A stretch of DNA of 64,000 bases from Ginglymostoma cirratum. Its lineage: Eukaryota. Numbering within the stretch: the stretch's first letter is position 1; each line of letters begins with the position of its first letter. A program made the position numbers and the translations under genes. Positions 26,487 through 40,165 of the stretch are shown piece after piece. The DNA lies in the NCBI GenBank assembly GCA_024137785.1, contig JAHRHZ010000025.1:19039996-19103995 (forward strand). Direction: 5' to 3'. A model generated the notes under the pieces. The model saw only the letters and a program-made list of their open reading frames with translations, was not told the origin of the DNA and did no database searches.

Positions 26487-26685
26487 AATAAAAGCAAATT
26501 TGTGTGGATGCTATAAATCTTAAATAGAAATACCATACTGGAGAAATTCATTAGGCCTGACAACATTTGTGGTGAGAGAAACAACAGTTAGCTTGGAAGT
26601 GTCATCTTGAGCTCAAAACATATAACTCTCTCTCTGTCTTTCCTCAGAAGCTACCAGACCTGAGTTTCTCCAGCATTTTCTGTTT
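26487..26685. mobile_element. Old fold-back PLE family-B mini-element
   Basis: ctggagaaattca...ggcctgacaac is inverted to gctaccagacctgagtttctccag. Confidence 0.7.
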
Positions 26686-27084
26686 AGTTTAGTTTAGTAT
26701 CATACGGTCCCTCTGGAGTAGAAGTAGAACTTGCAACTTAGATTGGGGCGCTGTTACTGATGGTTATAATTGAATCCACCGTACAGTTTGAGACCAATTT
26801 TGTGTTATAACAAAGGAGCCATATTCAATGAATAAAAGTCTCATTTATGTTCTGTAATTTAACTGGGTATGAGTTTATTGGAGAATCTGTTCGACTAATA
26901 ATTGTAATCTGGTAGGATAAGAACGTAGTTCCGTCAAACCCTGTACTTTTTTATTATTTTTGATGGATGAAGGTGAGTGACCTTGGAATTTCAAGAGCTC
27001 AGGTTTGAATAATCCCATTCTTTAATAGGCCTGATTTGTCCTGAGTGTCTTACTTTTTGCATTTTAAAACAAACAGAAGGGGCA

Positions 27085-27195
27085 CTTATGATACTGAGGT
27101 AGTGTGCCGACTCTGACCAAGTAACCCCCATTCAAGTCCCACCTGGTCCAGAGGTGTGTCGGAACATCCCTGTACATGTTGACGTAGAAAGTATG
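27085..27195 (+). mobile_element. Short tRNA-derived SINE
   Basis: ttcaagtcccacctggtccagaggtgtgtc; same family as the copy at 14170. Confidence 0.6.
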
Positions 27196-28489
27196 TAAAA
27201 CACACAGACTCAAAAAAAAAAAAAAAAAAGTGGTTTATATTGCCTGACCCAAAGCCAATATTCCCACTAAGAAAATGTTCTTTTGAGAGCTCTAGTGCTA
27301 CCTTGATAGCAAACTGAGGTACCAAGATTTTTTGTTTGTCTGAAAAGAATGAGTAATGTCCTTTTCTTATAAATTTAAACAAGACAAGGTAAAGCTTGTA
27401 AGCTGCCGTCCATTCACTCCAATTACTTTTGCTCAGTCTAATATTACCCCTGATAAGACAGGATGAACAAATAAGTGATTTAACTATTGGACATCTTTTG
27501 CTATTGTGTCCTCAACCGGGAGGAAGTGATCCAATTTGGCATCCAAACTATGAATCAGAAAACTGTTCTGAAGTCTGTCCTGTTGGACTGGTGTTACCTT
27601 GTCAGAGTACAGTGCAAAGCCCATTGATCTGCAACAAGAAGATTCACGCTTGTTATGACAGTGATGTTAGTATTGGTTGTAGCTCAGAGGAAGTTCCACC
27701 TGAGTTGCTGGGTTTTGACACGAAGTTGAATGCACAATAGTTTGTGAATATTAGATATTTGGGGCAATTAAGAGAAATGTTAAAAGTTGCAAATTGCCTC
27801 AATTGCAAGATGTTTTATGCCATTTTGTCATTAGCCTCCCAAACACAGGAGCTGGCCATCATCTGTTCCATTGTTGTGAAGAATTACATTTGTGCTGATA
27901 AACCAAATTGAGCAAGCTGCAGAAAGCTTGGGACATACTGCAAATAACGGTGAGATGAATGTTCCTGCCATGCCATCAGATGTGTGCCTCTTTGCATCTT
28001 CCACCTCGCCTACCATCTAACCTGTGTTCTCTAAATTCCTTTCTGTACTTAACTCTTAATTTGCCCCATTTATTCTCTGCTCTTCCTCTGCCTTTCTCAT
28101 TTGAAGGAGACAGTTATCCAACAAATTCCCTGATGACCTGTGGACCTCGTCATTTAGAGCTGTCCCTCCCAACAGTGTGCTATAAACTGTTTTTCTCTAC
28201 TCTCGGCTCAAAAAAAGTAATCTAACAAATTGTGTGCCGTGAGATGCCCTGTTCCAGCAAATTCTGGCTAATTCTCTTCTCTCCCTCTGTTATTCTGCTA
28301 TACCTGGGCATTCCCATTGTGACTTCCTGTGCCCCAAATTTATGGCACTTTGTCACAAAGCTGCATATCTTTTTTTTAAAGATATTTGTGTGTAGATGAC
28401 ATTGTAGTTTCACCATTGCTAATTTTGTTTTTGCATTTGTAGCTCAAGGGAGGGTGCACGACATCGTCATTACCGATTAGCACAATTAG

Positions 28490-28900
28490 CAGAGGCCTTT
28501 TTCTCCTGGAGCGTAGGAGACTGAGGGGTGACTTTATAGAGGTCTGTAAAATCATGAGGCATAGATAAGGTGGATAGCCAACAGGTTTTTCTCATGGTAG
28601 GGGAGTCTAAAACTAGAGGGCATAGGTTTAAGGTGAGAGGGATGAGATACAAAAGGGTCCAGAAGGGCAATATTTTTTCATACAGGGTGGTGAGTGTCTG
28701 GAATGGGCTGCCAGAGGTATTGGAGGAGATGAGTACAGTGTCGTCATCAAAGAAACACTTGGAGAGGTACATGAAGGGGTAGGTACGGAGGGATATGGGC
28801 CAAACGTAGGCAAATGGGACCAGATTTAATTGAGAATTGGGCAGCGTGGACAAATTGGGCCAAAGGGCCTATTTCCACACTGTAAACCTCTATGACTCTA
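28490..28900 (+). mobile_element. CR1 (HER1-like) LINE 3' end
   Basis: GESKTRGHRFKVRG...FSYRVVSVWNGLPE; tail ctctatgactcta. Confidence 0.92.
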
Positions 28901-29024
28901 TAAATGACAGCTTTCTCTTTGTTTTAATTAAGAACATTGCTGGAAGAGTCTATTGTTAAAATGCTGTTCATTCTCGCAGTTAGTTCTACTCTCTGCTTCT
29001 TCCAGACAAGAATTTTAATAAATG

Positions 29025-29450
29025 GTGTCACATTGTGGCTCAGTTGGTAGCACCCTCACCTCTGAATAACAAGAAGCTAGGTTCAAGTCTCACTACAGGA
29101 TTTTTTAGTGCCACCTTTAAAACTGACACTTCAGTCTAGTGCTGAGCAGTACTTCACTGTCAGAGGTGTCATCTTTCAGAAGAACTGTTAAACTGCGGCC
29201 CCATCTGCTTGTTTATGGGGATGTTAAAGATTCCTGGCACTTTTGAAGAAGAGTACGGAGTGTTATTCCCAATCCTCCATCAATATTGCAAAAACAGATT
29301 ATTTAGTCATTATCACATTTCTGTTTGTGAGAGTATGCGGAGTACAAAATGGCTGCCACACTTCCTATATTAAAACAGTAACTACACTTCAAAGAACATC
29401 ATAAAGCACCTGAGACACCTGGTGGTCTTGTCAAGTGTTCCATTAATGTG
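29025..29450 (+). mobile_element. tRNA-headed Deu-type SINE
   Basis: A box tggctcagttgg, B box ggttcaagtc; body shared with the other copies. Confidence 0.75.
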
Positions 29451-32400
29451 TGATGGAATTCGTAACATTTGCACTCATTAGTACCATGCGAGTCAGTAAT
29501 CTGGAAAATTGTAACATTCAGGGAAGAGAGTTCCAAGGAGTTGTTACCTTTTGACAGTTCAAAAATATTACTTGTGTTTAATACTGCCTACGATCAAGGG
29601 CAGGACTTCTTACAAGATTTTTAATAGATCTTTCAAAGTAGTTTTTAAAAAAGATCACTGAAGGGCAGTTAGGGATTACAGTCAGGTGGAGATAGTGGGG
29701 TACTGTCAGAGATGCAAAAGTAGACTTAATGCAAAAAAATTAAGTTGTGTTGGGGCTTAGGGAGCATCGCAAGAAGTGCTGAATAGTCCAGTGCAGTTAG
29801 GACTCTGGAAGTTCTCTGATCTAGTAAGTGCAGGTATGTGTTGGAGTAAGGCTCAGGAAATTTCTGGAAGTTACGTGGCACCAAGGAAAATACCACTTGA
29901 TAAATGGTACTTCACTGCTGCCGAGAGTGAGGGTTGAAAAGCCCCTGGATGTATCTGAGTAACATTACAACTCTTGGGTGGAGGAAAGAGATAAGGGGTA
30001 GCAGTAGCTTTGGTAAATCTGAAATTGTAACAGCGCGTAAGTGCTGGATTACTCCAGAAACCAGGAGAGTGTAGTCTGAGGAAAGGAGGATGAAGTTGAG
30101 ACAATCGATAATGGTTTGGCTTTGAGTGAGTTCTGAAACTGAGCCTTCAAAGGAGAAGAATTGGAATCCTTTGTCTGCTTTTAAGAAACTTTGAACCACA
30201 GTGACATTAACATTTGGGTTTGTAGAGAAATCCGTGGGATCTGACTTGACTGTATTTGCTGTTTGGGCACCATGGAGATGTTCAACCACGGTTTGTCTGT
30301 TACTGATATTTAGCTTTGGTTAAATCTGGAGGTGGACCTTAGTTAATTGGTTGGCTTGATGACTACAGTGTGGTGCAGAATAAGGCCAGCAGTTTGGGAT
30401 CAATCCTCATACTGACTATGGTAGCTCATGGAGGTGAGAGTTCTTGCTGTGCCCTATGTTTGTGGAGTAACTATCCTCAGCTATAAAGGACTGATCATCT
30501 CTTTTTTTTCTAATCAAGAGACATACCTATATTACTTGTAGACTATGGATCCATATGAATTCTGGATGTTATATACAGAATAAATATAATGGTTTACTGC
30601 TCCAACATTCTACAGTAAAGTTTATTGTAGTTTATTCAAAACTTTGGAATATTGAGGCTTTAGTCTTTTTTAGAAAGTACCTAGGATATTACATTTTGTT
30701 TTGTTTTCTTTTCCAAGTTGCTGCTCCTTAGTCACATTGTAACAAATTTGGTGGATTAGGTTGGATCCAGTGCAAGTCTTCTCTTTTGGTCCTGCATTTT
30801 CATGATATGGTGAATCCTACATGACTGCAGTGACTGTACTTTCCTCTTTAAAGAAAAGAAAAACTCCAATTTGCTTCGTGTAATTAAAAAACCAAAGTAT
30901 CCTGAATGAAGAGTGCAGGATTGATGAAAGCTAGGGCTTTGAAAATAGGTTAATTTAATCATCTGACCACTTGATTTGGACAGAGTGCATAAACAGGACG
31001 GTTAGTTTTCAGCTGTAAAATACATGAAGTACAAACCTCTTTCACGATGAAATGAATCTGTTGCATTGAATATTTTCTTTCAGCAAAGTCATGGAAAATA
31101 AGTTGCCTAGGTGGCTTATCCCAATGAAAATGGCAGTTCATCAATTTTCAGAGCACATGCAAATAAATTCTAACTGCAATATTGATTTTTCTTTCATAAC
31201 TTTTATAGCAAATTATCTTGCAGTATTGGCATTATGTCACTGTCAACTAGAGCTTTGTAGCAATTATTAAAAACTTTTATTGACTCTGCAATTGGCAGAG
31301 ACATGACTTGGATCGAAGCCTGCTTGTTGAATATCTTTGATAGCAGGGCAGTGGTGCTGATCTGACAGTTCTGTTAGAGCCAGGGCAGTCACAATGGGCT
31401 GAATTGCTACCCAAGCTCTGATTCCTGATTCTACGGGTGAACCTGTATTGGACAATTTCAAGGTTTACCCTTTGAAATATATTCTTGCATCACAATTTGA
31501 CACCTTTTAACTCTCAAAGGTATGTTGGATTTCTGAAGCTTGCTTCCAGAAGTAATGGGGAAGTTTTGTGGTGGCAATATCTTGAAGCATTTCACAGACC
31601 TTGTTTCAAAGATAAGGGCCATACGCCTTTTTTTTTTCTCAAGATGACTTTGTTAATAGTAAACATATAAAATCAAGGCAAAAAGCAAGATGTCAGGCTT
31701 GGCCTTGTTTTAATAATCTATCTATCTATATAAAAATACCTTTCTTGCATCTGGCAACAAAAAAATTATTTCTGGGGAGATAGCAGAGTCCAAACATTGA
31801 AGAATCTGGTAAGGCTGGGATGACACCTCCCAAATATATTCATCAATATAATAAATCTGACACTAATTGTGCATGTGCTCAAAATAAATTTAAGTTTAAA
31901 GTTAACAACCATTTGGACTTAAAATATAGCACAACATCCTCAGGTGCTTTGCAGACTGAAATGGCATACATGGTCTTTTGCTCCATCCTTCACTGTAGCC
32001 TTAGTTGGGACTGATAGACCTAATGATTTGGGTGGGAAGATACCAAGCAATGAAAGGTGTGTGTATAATAGCTTAAACAATGATCTGTAAATTTTGTAGC
32101 ACGGGTCATCACCAGATCAGCTTGACAGTCCAAAGGCAGGCCCTTGGTGATTATCTACAGGTAGAGTAAGGTCCTGAGACTGTCAAACAGGATTGAATCC
32201 TGTGCTAACCAGATGTCTGGCCAGCTGAGCTATCTGTTCACACCCCTGGCTAGAAATGCCTATAGTGGGTTGCCTGGGTTTAGCTAACTGTATGCCCAAC
32301 CTTTAACTTCATACTGAAATGATGATAACCTCAAAGCAGTGATGAGATGTTGGAAACCTAAATCGTCTCTGGATACAATAGTGACTTGGATCTGAAATAT

Positions 32401-33119
32401 GTCATTGAGTGGGGAAAAAAATTGTTCTGTGTCTAACTGCAGTAACATAATTGTTTGGTTAAAGTGGAAAGTGTTACATTCTTTGGCACTAACATTCTGT
32501 ATTTTTAATAAGTCTAAAATTCATAAAAAGAACAGAGGTTACAGAAGGCAGAATTGTCACTTCAGCAAAAAACAGATGAAAGTTTCACAAGTAGAATTCT
32601 AAGATCTATACAAAATATGCGTTCACAGAATTAAACATCTGACATGTCGGGCTGCCTTCTGGAATGTTCCTTTTTAAGACTTCCTGCACCATCTTAATCA
32701 ACGTTGCACAGAAATACCTGCCGTAATGGAAAGGACTAGTGCAGCCCACATCAAAATGTGAGGATTTGTTTTATTTAGCATCAAACTTGTTCCAAAAAAA
32801 ATGTCCAGCCAATTTAGTAACTAACTGCACCTTCGAAGATTTTTTAAAAAAAATTAATTCAAAGTTCTGGGAGCGGGTGGAAAAGAAACTGCATTAGTAT
32901 CACAGCAGTCTTCCCATTGGATTTGTAAAGCAGTTTAACTCGTTGTTCTAACATGCACTCAAATATTTTTAATTGATTTAAAATTGGATTTAGGGGCTCT
33001 CTTTTTAGTAAAAAATGACTTATGATTGTTTGCATTTATGGTTGAGTAGGATGTTTGAGGCAGGCAATGGAACACCTTCAGTTTTGGCTGGCTTCAATCA
33101 GCATTAACAATTCCCAAGG

Positions 33120-33580
33120 AAGATTTAAATCAAAATGGGCAGGAACAGACCATACGGTCGATCAAACCAGCTGAAAAAGTTGGATGCCTAAAGCAGCATC
33201 ATTTGATGTCTGTTACCAAACAGAAATGTATCATCTTGGCAAAGCCAATTTGGAGAAGAAAATTCTGATTTGAAGATTGTAGTTAGGGGGTCAGACTAAG
33301 GAGAACATAGGTCTAGGGAGGGAGGAGGTGTGGAAGGATTTTAAATAAATCAGAGTCATTTAAACTGTGACATTGTTCAATTGAGAATGAGTGGTGAGAA
33401 CGCAGGACTAACCAGCGAGTGGGTCTTGATTCAGGATATAGATGAGCTTTGGATAAGTTCAAGGTTATGGTTGGTGGAAATTGTTAAGTTGGCCAGGAGA
33501 ACATTAAATTGATCAAGTCTAGAGGTAGTAAATACCTAAGGGCTTCAACAGCAAGTGAGCTGAAGCAGGGCAGATTTGGT
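33120..33580 (-). mobile_element. L2-type LINE fragment
   Basis: caagtctagaggta...ttcaacagcaagtgagctgaagcagggc matches 19160-19220. Confidence 0.55.
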
Positions 33581-34699
33581 GAGGTTACCAAAGCATGTGG
33601 CCTTTGTGCAGACAGGTTTCCCACTGCATATCTACCTCTTGACCTGACACTGCCAGCAATTTGGTTCTGCTTCGAGAGTTCCAGGGTGAGGGCTGGAGTC
33701 GACTAGGGAACAGAGCATATGGATAGAAGATGATTATGGGCTGAGGTCAACAAAAACTCGCCAGTATTAATTCCTGAGAATTTCATGGAGGGTTTCTGTC
33801 TAAGATCTGGAGAGTTATCTCGTGCAGTTCTCTGATCGTTATGGATACACCACGCTGCTTCAGCATCCCGCTCACTAACAGTAAGGTACTTGTCATTGCT
33901 GGGAGGTTTGCTACTGGAGCAATATTTCAAGCCCAGCTATGCCCCTGGCCAATTGCTGCCATCCACAAATAACCCCTCGCGGTGCACATCATGGGAGGGA
34001 AATAGAAAAAGATCGCTTTTGAGGGCATGTAGGTGGCATGGGTGACTCATCATTAGAAATAGAAGCTGAGTTTTACAAATGTATTGCTACTTTACATCAT
34101 CACCAGTCTGACTGACAATGTAACAACAGCTGCAAGAATTAATGTACACAGGCAGCCTTTCCCTAGCACCATACCATGTTGAAACCCTATCCAATGGAGT
34201 GCTAATCTTTCCCTAAAGCTCAGTGTAGCATAACATCTGGTCACTGTGGGCACGTGAAGACATGTTGGAAATTCTTTAAACACCTGAAAAATTGACTTTT
34301 TTTTTAAAAATTGAATGCCCAGATAAATGGGGGGATAAAACAAAAGGGTCGTACTTGCTTCTGGGAATAAACAGCAGCTGCTTATCTTTCAAGTGTCAAC
34401 AAATTTGCAATACATGAATGATCACTTTTCCCAATTCTGATCAATTGGAATAAGTGTTAATTAAATCCTGTCTGGTTTTTTTTTGCACTGGACAACGTAA
34501 GACTTGTTCATGCTCAACGTGATGTTAATCCCACCACTTTCCCAACCTTTGATGTTTGGCACACCCACTCATTCTCTGAAGCAGTGATGCAGAGCACAGC
34601 ATTTAAAGATTACATCTGTTGCACTGCGATGGACCCACCCCTTCAGGAGGCCCATCTGCTTCTCCGTGGCCCTGCAAGAATTTGCTGAATTGTGCTGTA

Positions 34700-35250
34700 T
34701 TTGGTCAGTCAACATGTTGCATAATGGAGTCATCAACTGTGAATTGCAAAGGGTAGGCTTAGTCTCTAAATAACCATCCTTTATAAAGCATCAGGCCTTT
34801 GAGATGAAGCAGGGACGTGAGTTCTCGCGGATGAAGGAATCGTGGCGGCTTCCAGGGTCCATAGTGCAGACCTCTGAGATGCGCTTCCAATGATTTGAGA
34901 TGACTTGTAAATTGATGAAATGTAACTGTTTGTCTTGTGCTGCATTACAGTATGGCACTTGTCACTACAACATGTAAAGCAGGTAGTACTTCCCCTGTAA
35001 CTGGAGAAGCCAGCTATGTTGACAAAGATCTGTGCCTGAGTTGGTGCATTAACCTGTCACTGGGAGAAAACGGTGTGATTGTCAGCAATTGATCAATAAT
35101 CACCTTGATACATTTTGTGGATTGAGATCCCACACGGTCTCCCTGTGGATCCATGGAAGCAGCCAGTTGCATAAAAGCTCAGTGCGGCTGTCACCTTGAT
35201 GGCTGCCAGGAAAGGATGGTCACCCACTCCAGTTGGCACAGTTCTCTGAC
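34700..35250 (-). pseudogene. Decayed PIF/Harbinger (HARBI1-like) DDE transposase
   Basis: Hand translation gives IKVTAALSFYATGCFHGSTG..CGIS, then FVNIAGF, INLQVISNHWKRISEVCTMDPGSRHDSFIRENS and GWLFRD*AYPL..LMTP, in canonical order with stops and frameshifts. Confidence 0.88.
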
Positions 35251-35726
35251 AGTGCCCCAGAGCATCCTCCGCCTGTGGTGTCAATACACCTTGCTTCACT
35301 GGGGGAAATGGCATCAATGATCATAGTGAGTGGGGCCTCTGTCCCACCTCCACATCCTGAGGGGACTTTTGGCAGCACCCTCTTCATGAGCAGGCTGCTG
35401 GGCAGCTCCTGGAGGTTGTTACTGGTCCTGGGCTCACTGATACATTGATTCCTCTGCAATATCACTGCATCTTTGAACAGCAGCCACAGCAATGGGAACC
35501 CCTGCTGCGAATGAAATTGTGCCTTCATAATATGAGCTGTCAGCATCTCGCTCAAATGATAGTATAAATCGAGGACGATGCTAAACTGGGACTTGCAGAA
35601 CTCCCAAAAAGGAGGGCCATGGACTATCTCTATGTGGATTTTTTTTGACTGAGGATCTATTCTGTGTGTTGCATAAAATCGCAAAAACTGTATGATTGAC
35701 GAAACTTTGCAGTTTCCCACATGACT

Positions 35727-35786
35727 CCTCACCAATCTCTGACTCAGTACTAGGCCCCTCGCCAATCTCTGACTCAGCACTGATCA
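35727..35786. repeat. 30-bp tandem duplication (2 copies)
   Basis: cctcaccaatctctgactcagtactaggcc / cctcgccaatctctgactcagcactgatca. Confidence 0.9.
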
Positions 35787-36291
35787 CCCTGAGTGGCTGG
35801 TTTGGTCGCGGCCCACTCTCCAGGCGTCAATGATACGAAACCCTGGAAGGCCCCAAGCAGATGACTAATTGTTCCAAAGTCCCTGGACTGACAGTGATGA
35901 TGCCTCTGACTGGGGGAACTGGCTGACTAATGACGGTTTGACTGAGGATTGATCTCTTTGACTGTACCATTTGGTTGAAGTCATATGCAGTGTGTTTGCC
36001 ACATAAATTGCTGGTACGTGGTGTAGTTGTGGTGTTGACATAGCATGGTACTGTACAGCAACACATTCGCCTCCCTGACTGATCATTGCCGATAGCTGTG
36101 ACAAGCTGTCTGGCTTTGCATTTGCACTAAAAGGCAAGACAGAACTATTGTGAATGTGTACACTCTGAATGAGGCAACAACCCTCAGAGAAGCAAAGCAA
36201 GACAGATACTGCCAGCACCCAAGTTGGCTCACTGAGTAATTGCTAAGAAAACAAAGAGCCCTGACATCCATCCTGCCCTGGTTCATGAAAT

Positions 36292-36990
36292 TTAATTTGA
36301 AGTGATTTATTTTTGTCACATGTACTGAGATACAGTGTAAAGTATTGTTTTGCATGCTATCAAGACAAATCATACCTTACATAAAAAGGTAATAGAACAG
36401 AGCGCAGAATATAGTGTTACAGCTATTGAGAAGGTGCAGAGAAAGAATCTTTCTAAGATGAAGGGTCCATTTATAAGTCTGATAACAGTGGAGAAGAAGC
36501 TGTTTTTTAAAATATGTTGGTATGGGTTTTGAAACTTTTGGATATTCTGCCATATGGAGGGATCTTTGATTCTGTTGGCTGCTTTGCTGAGGCAGCGGGA
36601 AGTGTAACGGAGTCAATAGAAGGAAGGCTATTTTTGTTTTAAATGCACTGGGCTGTATTCACAACTCTCTGTAATTTCTTGCGGTCTTGGCAGAGCAGTG
36701 GCCATACCGAGCTGTGATGCATTTGGCTAGGATGCTGTATATGGTGCATCTACAAACATTGGTGAGAGTCATTGCGAATGTGCTGAATTTCTTAGCCTTC
36801 TGAGGAAGTAGAGGTGTTTGGTGTGTTTTCTTGACTGTAGCATCGACGTGGGTGAACCAGGATAGATCCATAGTGATTGTTACACCAGGGGCTTGCCCTC
36901 TGCTCCACTTCTTGAAGTTGATGACTAGCTCCTTCATTGTGCTAATTTCTGGGGAGAAATTGTTGTCTTCATACCATGGCACCACCTAAT
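36292..36990 (-). mobile_element. Rex1/Babar-type LINE 3' fragment
   Basis: WYEDNNF...MKELVINFKK...GVTITMDLSWFTHVDATVKK...CTIYSILAKCITARYG; same 3' UTR as the copy at 17196. Confidence 0.88.
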
Positions 36991-37029
36991 AAATAGGGCA
37001 GGATAGATAATCATAAGATACTAATAAGT

Positions 37030-37935
37030 ATAAATGGGCCTTTCACTACTCGCTAGCAAGATTCCCATTTTGCCATCCAAATCTTTGCATGTTGTTCTGT
37101 GGCTGGGAAGACGCCACCCAATTTCTACTTATTAAATATGGGTAAGCAGCCTTTTTATAACTTAGTAAAAATGGAGGGATCAAGAGAGCCGGTGCTATGC
37201 TAAAGTAAGTGTCATCAATGTAGATGTACACAGACCACTGAAAGTACATTAGAGGGGTTTCACGTAGCTGAGAAATTGGAGACCCCAGGAAAAAGCCCGA
37301 AGGGAGACTGGAGGTAACAGGGCAGCTTTTGAAAGGAAAGTGATTGTAGGTCATTCTCTAGCTGTGGTTGCGTACATATAAGTATGGAATCTGTTGGCAG
37401 TGAAGGATGGTGGGGTCAAGGCAGTGGACAGGATGAGGAGGGATAGTTTGCCTCTGTGGCACTTAGTTAGGATGTCAACTGTGACTTTGATAAAGAGCCA
37501 TTTCGGCACCCTGGGTGAAGAATTCGCACACAGAGTCGCAGGAAAGCGGAGTCTGATTTTTGTGAAACAACAGTGCATTGAAGAACTTTGGAGAGGGTGT
37601 TTAAAGGTTGAGGAGAAAAAGTTTGACATTTATTTTTTGAGGTGACTTTATGGCAGTCATTTGGAAGGATAGCTCCTGTGAAGAGAGAGGCCTTAATAAT
37701 AAACGTGGGCGTGTTTGGGTGTTGGGTGGCGCACACTTCAGTTAGAAACCAGGTCAGTGCAGCAGGAATTGGGTCCTGTTGGCAAGGTGACCTCTGAGAC
37801 GGTATGAGAGAAGGTTGCACTACAGGAGCGAGCTGTAAAGGACAAGTGATCTGGTAAACTAGGGGAGCGAATGGAAAGAGGCAGAGCATCTGATTTAATT
37901 CTCAACCTATAGTGGTAAAGTCATGAGCTCCTCAT
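37030..37935 (-). mobile_element. L2 LINE RT region, degenerate
   Basis: LFIKVTVDILTKCHRGKLSLLIL matches the L2 TETALxKVxNDIL motif; IYIDDT matches the YADD region. Confidence 0.8.
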
Positions 37936-38694
37936 AACTTCTGTAGACTTTTTTTTTGTAGATCTGTCTCCAGCTCTTCATTCTTCCCCACCCCCCCGCC
38001 ATTCCCGCTCAACCCATGTGCATGTGCATGCACACAGTGGTCAATAGGAGTATAAATTTGTCTTTGGCTGACTATTTTAAAATAGCATTAGTTCAATCAC
38101 TGAGTCTTTATGCGTCTCTATTTTGAATAAACCAGCTTTTTAACCCTTTGAGTTATTAAGGTTCAGCAATTAAAGAAGCAATGGTTTCAACTTGAGCTCT
38201 CAAGATGTACCATTTTTGCATCAATATGACATTTTTCCATCTACCTGATCTGACTCTCCTCCTGAATTACATAGATGTCAATTTAATGTCAGTCAATGCC
38301 TTTATTAGGGGTAATCTTCTGCCATGGGTTCTATGCTATCTGTAACACAGCCATCAGTAAGAAAAAAGGATTAAAGGTCTTGCGTAGAAGAGTTATTATG
38401 AAAGTTAAACTTCTGGGAGTTGGATTGAAAGTAACTATGTAGATAGTGAAGCCAGTATATTAGAGAAATTGGATAGCTCTTACTTAAACTTGGCATAGGC
38501 AAGATTGGCTGATTAACCACATCCTGTGCTTTTAATACTGAATGATTCTTAATTGTCTTAGCTGAATTCTGTCATTAGTTCATAGAAGCTTATATTAACC
38601 CAGCATTGAGAGAAGAGGGAGATCCTGCAAGCCTAGTCGTTTTTTTTTGTTTTTTTTTGTTTTGGCATCGGAAGTAGCAGCAAAACTTCCCAAT

Positions 38695-38852
38695 GTACAA
38701 AAAAAAGCTGTGGATGTTGGATCTGAAAGAAAAGAAGTGTAGAAATTGTTGGAAAAACCCAGCAGGTCATCAGAACCAAGAAGTGATGTCACTGTTTCAG
38801 GTACATTGAATTTGCTTTTGCTCTACTGATGCTGCCAGACCTGAGTTTCTGT
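38695..38852. mobile_element. Old PLE family-B fold-back remnant
   Basis: aaagctgtggatgttggatctgaa...aaacccagcagg / gatgctgccagacctgagtttc. Confidence 0.6.
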
Positions 38853-39559
38853 TCAGTGTATCTGGCATTAACACCTGTTGAGAATAACTAATGTTGGGTG
38901 TAGTTTCAGTCTAACATTACAATGGAACAGAAGTGTTAGCTGAATTCCAATATACTGCGCCCTATAGTTATTGCAAAGATTTTGTTTTTGAAAATTCTGT
39001 TAATCTGATATTGATGGCCTGATAAGGTGACTTGATTTTGTTTGGCATTAAATTTGTTGCAAACAAACAGCAACATGACTGGTAATAGAATAATATTGTG
39101 GTTGGCTGTACGCTAGAATATGGCTTTGGAATTAAATCTTTATGCAAAAGAAGCCCCTAGCCTCCCCATTTTGTTTAGATGGTGAATTCTCTGAGAGGAA
39201 CTGGGAAACTTCCATTCTCACTTTGCTCCAAGTTCTTTGATCTTGAATATGACAGCATGAACGCTATATGGGGCCATTATGTTAGGGAGCAAAATGTCTG
39301 TGTGGATCTTGTGAAGCTGATTGCTATCCTGAGATATTTGCCAGAACGTGTCTGTAGATGTAGGGTGAGGATATTGTTATGGTTTCTCTTACTCCCTGCT
39401 GTAGGCTATTTCTGTATTTTTTCATGCATGAGGAATGGCCACTTAGGATGTACTGTAAGTGGACGGTGCCTGTGTGGAACTGTGTGCCTCAATGCTGTCA
39501 ACCTATTCAGGAGAAAATGGGAGACGATGGGGAATTTTCATTTGAGATAAAGGATTATC

Positions 39560-40165
39560 AAAATTCTGAGGGTTACCATTAACCAAAAACTGAGCTGGAC
39601 TAGTCGTATAAATACTGTGGCTACAAGAGCAAGTTAGAAGCTAGGCATACTGCGGTAAGTCACTCTTCTCCTGTTCACTATCTACAGGGCCCAATTCAGA
39701 AGTATAATTGAAAATTCCCCACTTGAATGAGTGCAGTTCCATGAACACTCAAGCTTGGTACCATACAGGACAAAGCAGCCCACTTGATTGGCACTGCATC
39801 CACTCCCCCCTCCCCCACTGCTTAATGGCAGCAGTGTGTACCATCTACAAGATGCACAGCAGAAATTCACCAAAGATCCTTAAACAACACCTTCCAAATG
39901 CATGACCACTTCCATTTAGAAGGACAAGGGCAGCAGTTATATGGGAACCCCCAAACGCTCTCTTCTAAGCTGCTCCTGACTTGATAATATATCACCATTT
40001 CTTCACTGTTGCTGGGTCAAAATCCTGGAAACTCCCTCCCTAATGACATTGTGGGTTTACCTACAGTAAATAGACTGCAGCAGTTCCAGAAGGCAGGTCA
40101 CCAACATCTTTGCAAAGGATGAGATAGGGAATAAATGCTGGCCCAGCCAGCAATACCCACATCAC
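39560..40165 (+). mobile_element. Non-LTR retrotransposon 3' part (CR1/L2 group, distinct family)
   Basis: INQKLSWTSRINTVATRAS..LGILR and IYRAQFRSIIENSPL; ends aataaatgctggcccagccagc. Minus-strand relatives at 44835-45990 and 61430-62010. Confidence 0.75.

Noticed and set aside
27429-27740. 103-aa + strand ORF (also 39179-39550) as an exon of the downstream gene
   Set aside because: No recognisable homology and no convincing paired splice sites.
29030-29100. tRNA gene (also 5990-6060 and 63270-63340)
   Set aside because: A/B boxes are present but no cloverleaf is evident; these are SINE heads continuing into SINE bodies.
35220-35780. 186-aa ORF next to the Harbinger remnant
   Set aside because: No recognisable domain; its N-terminus comes from the 30-bp tandem repeat.
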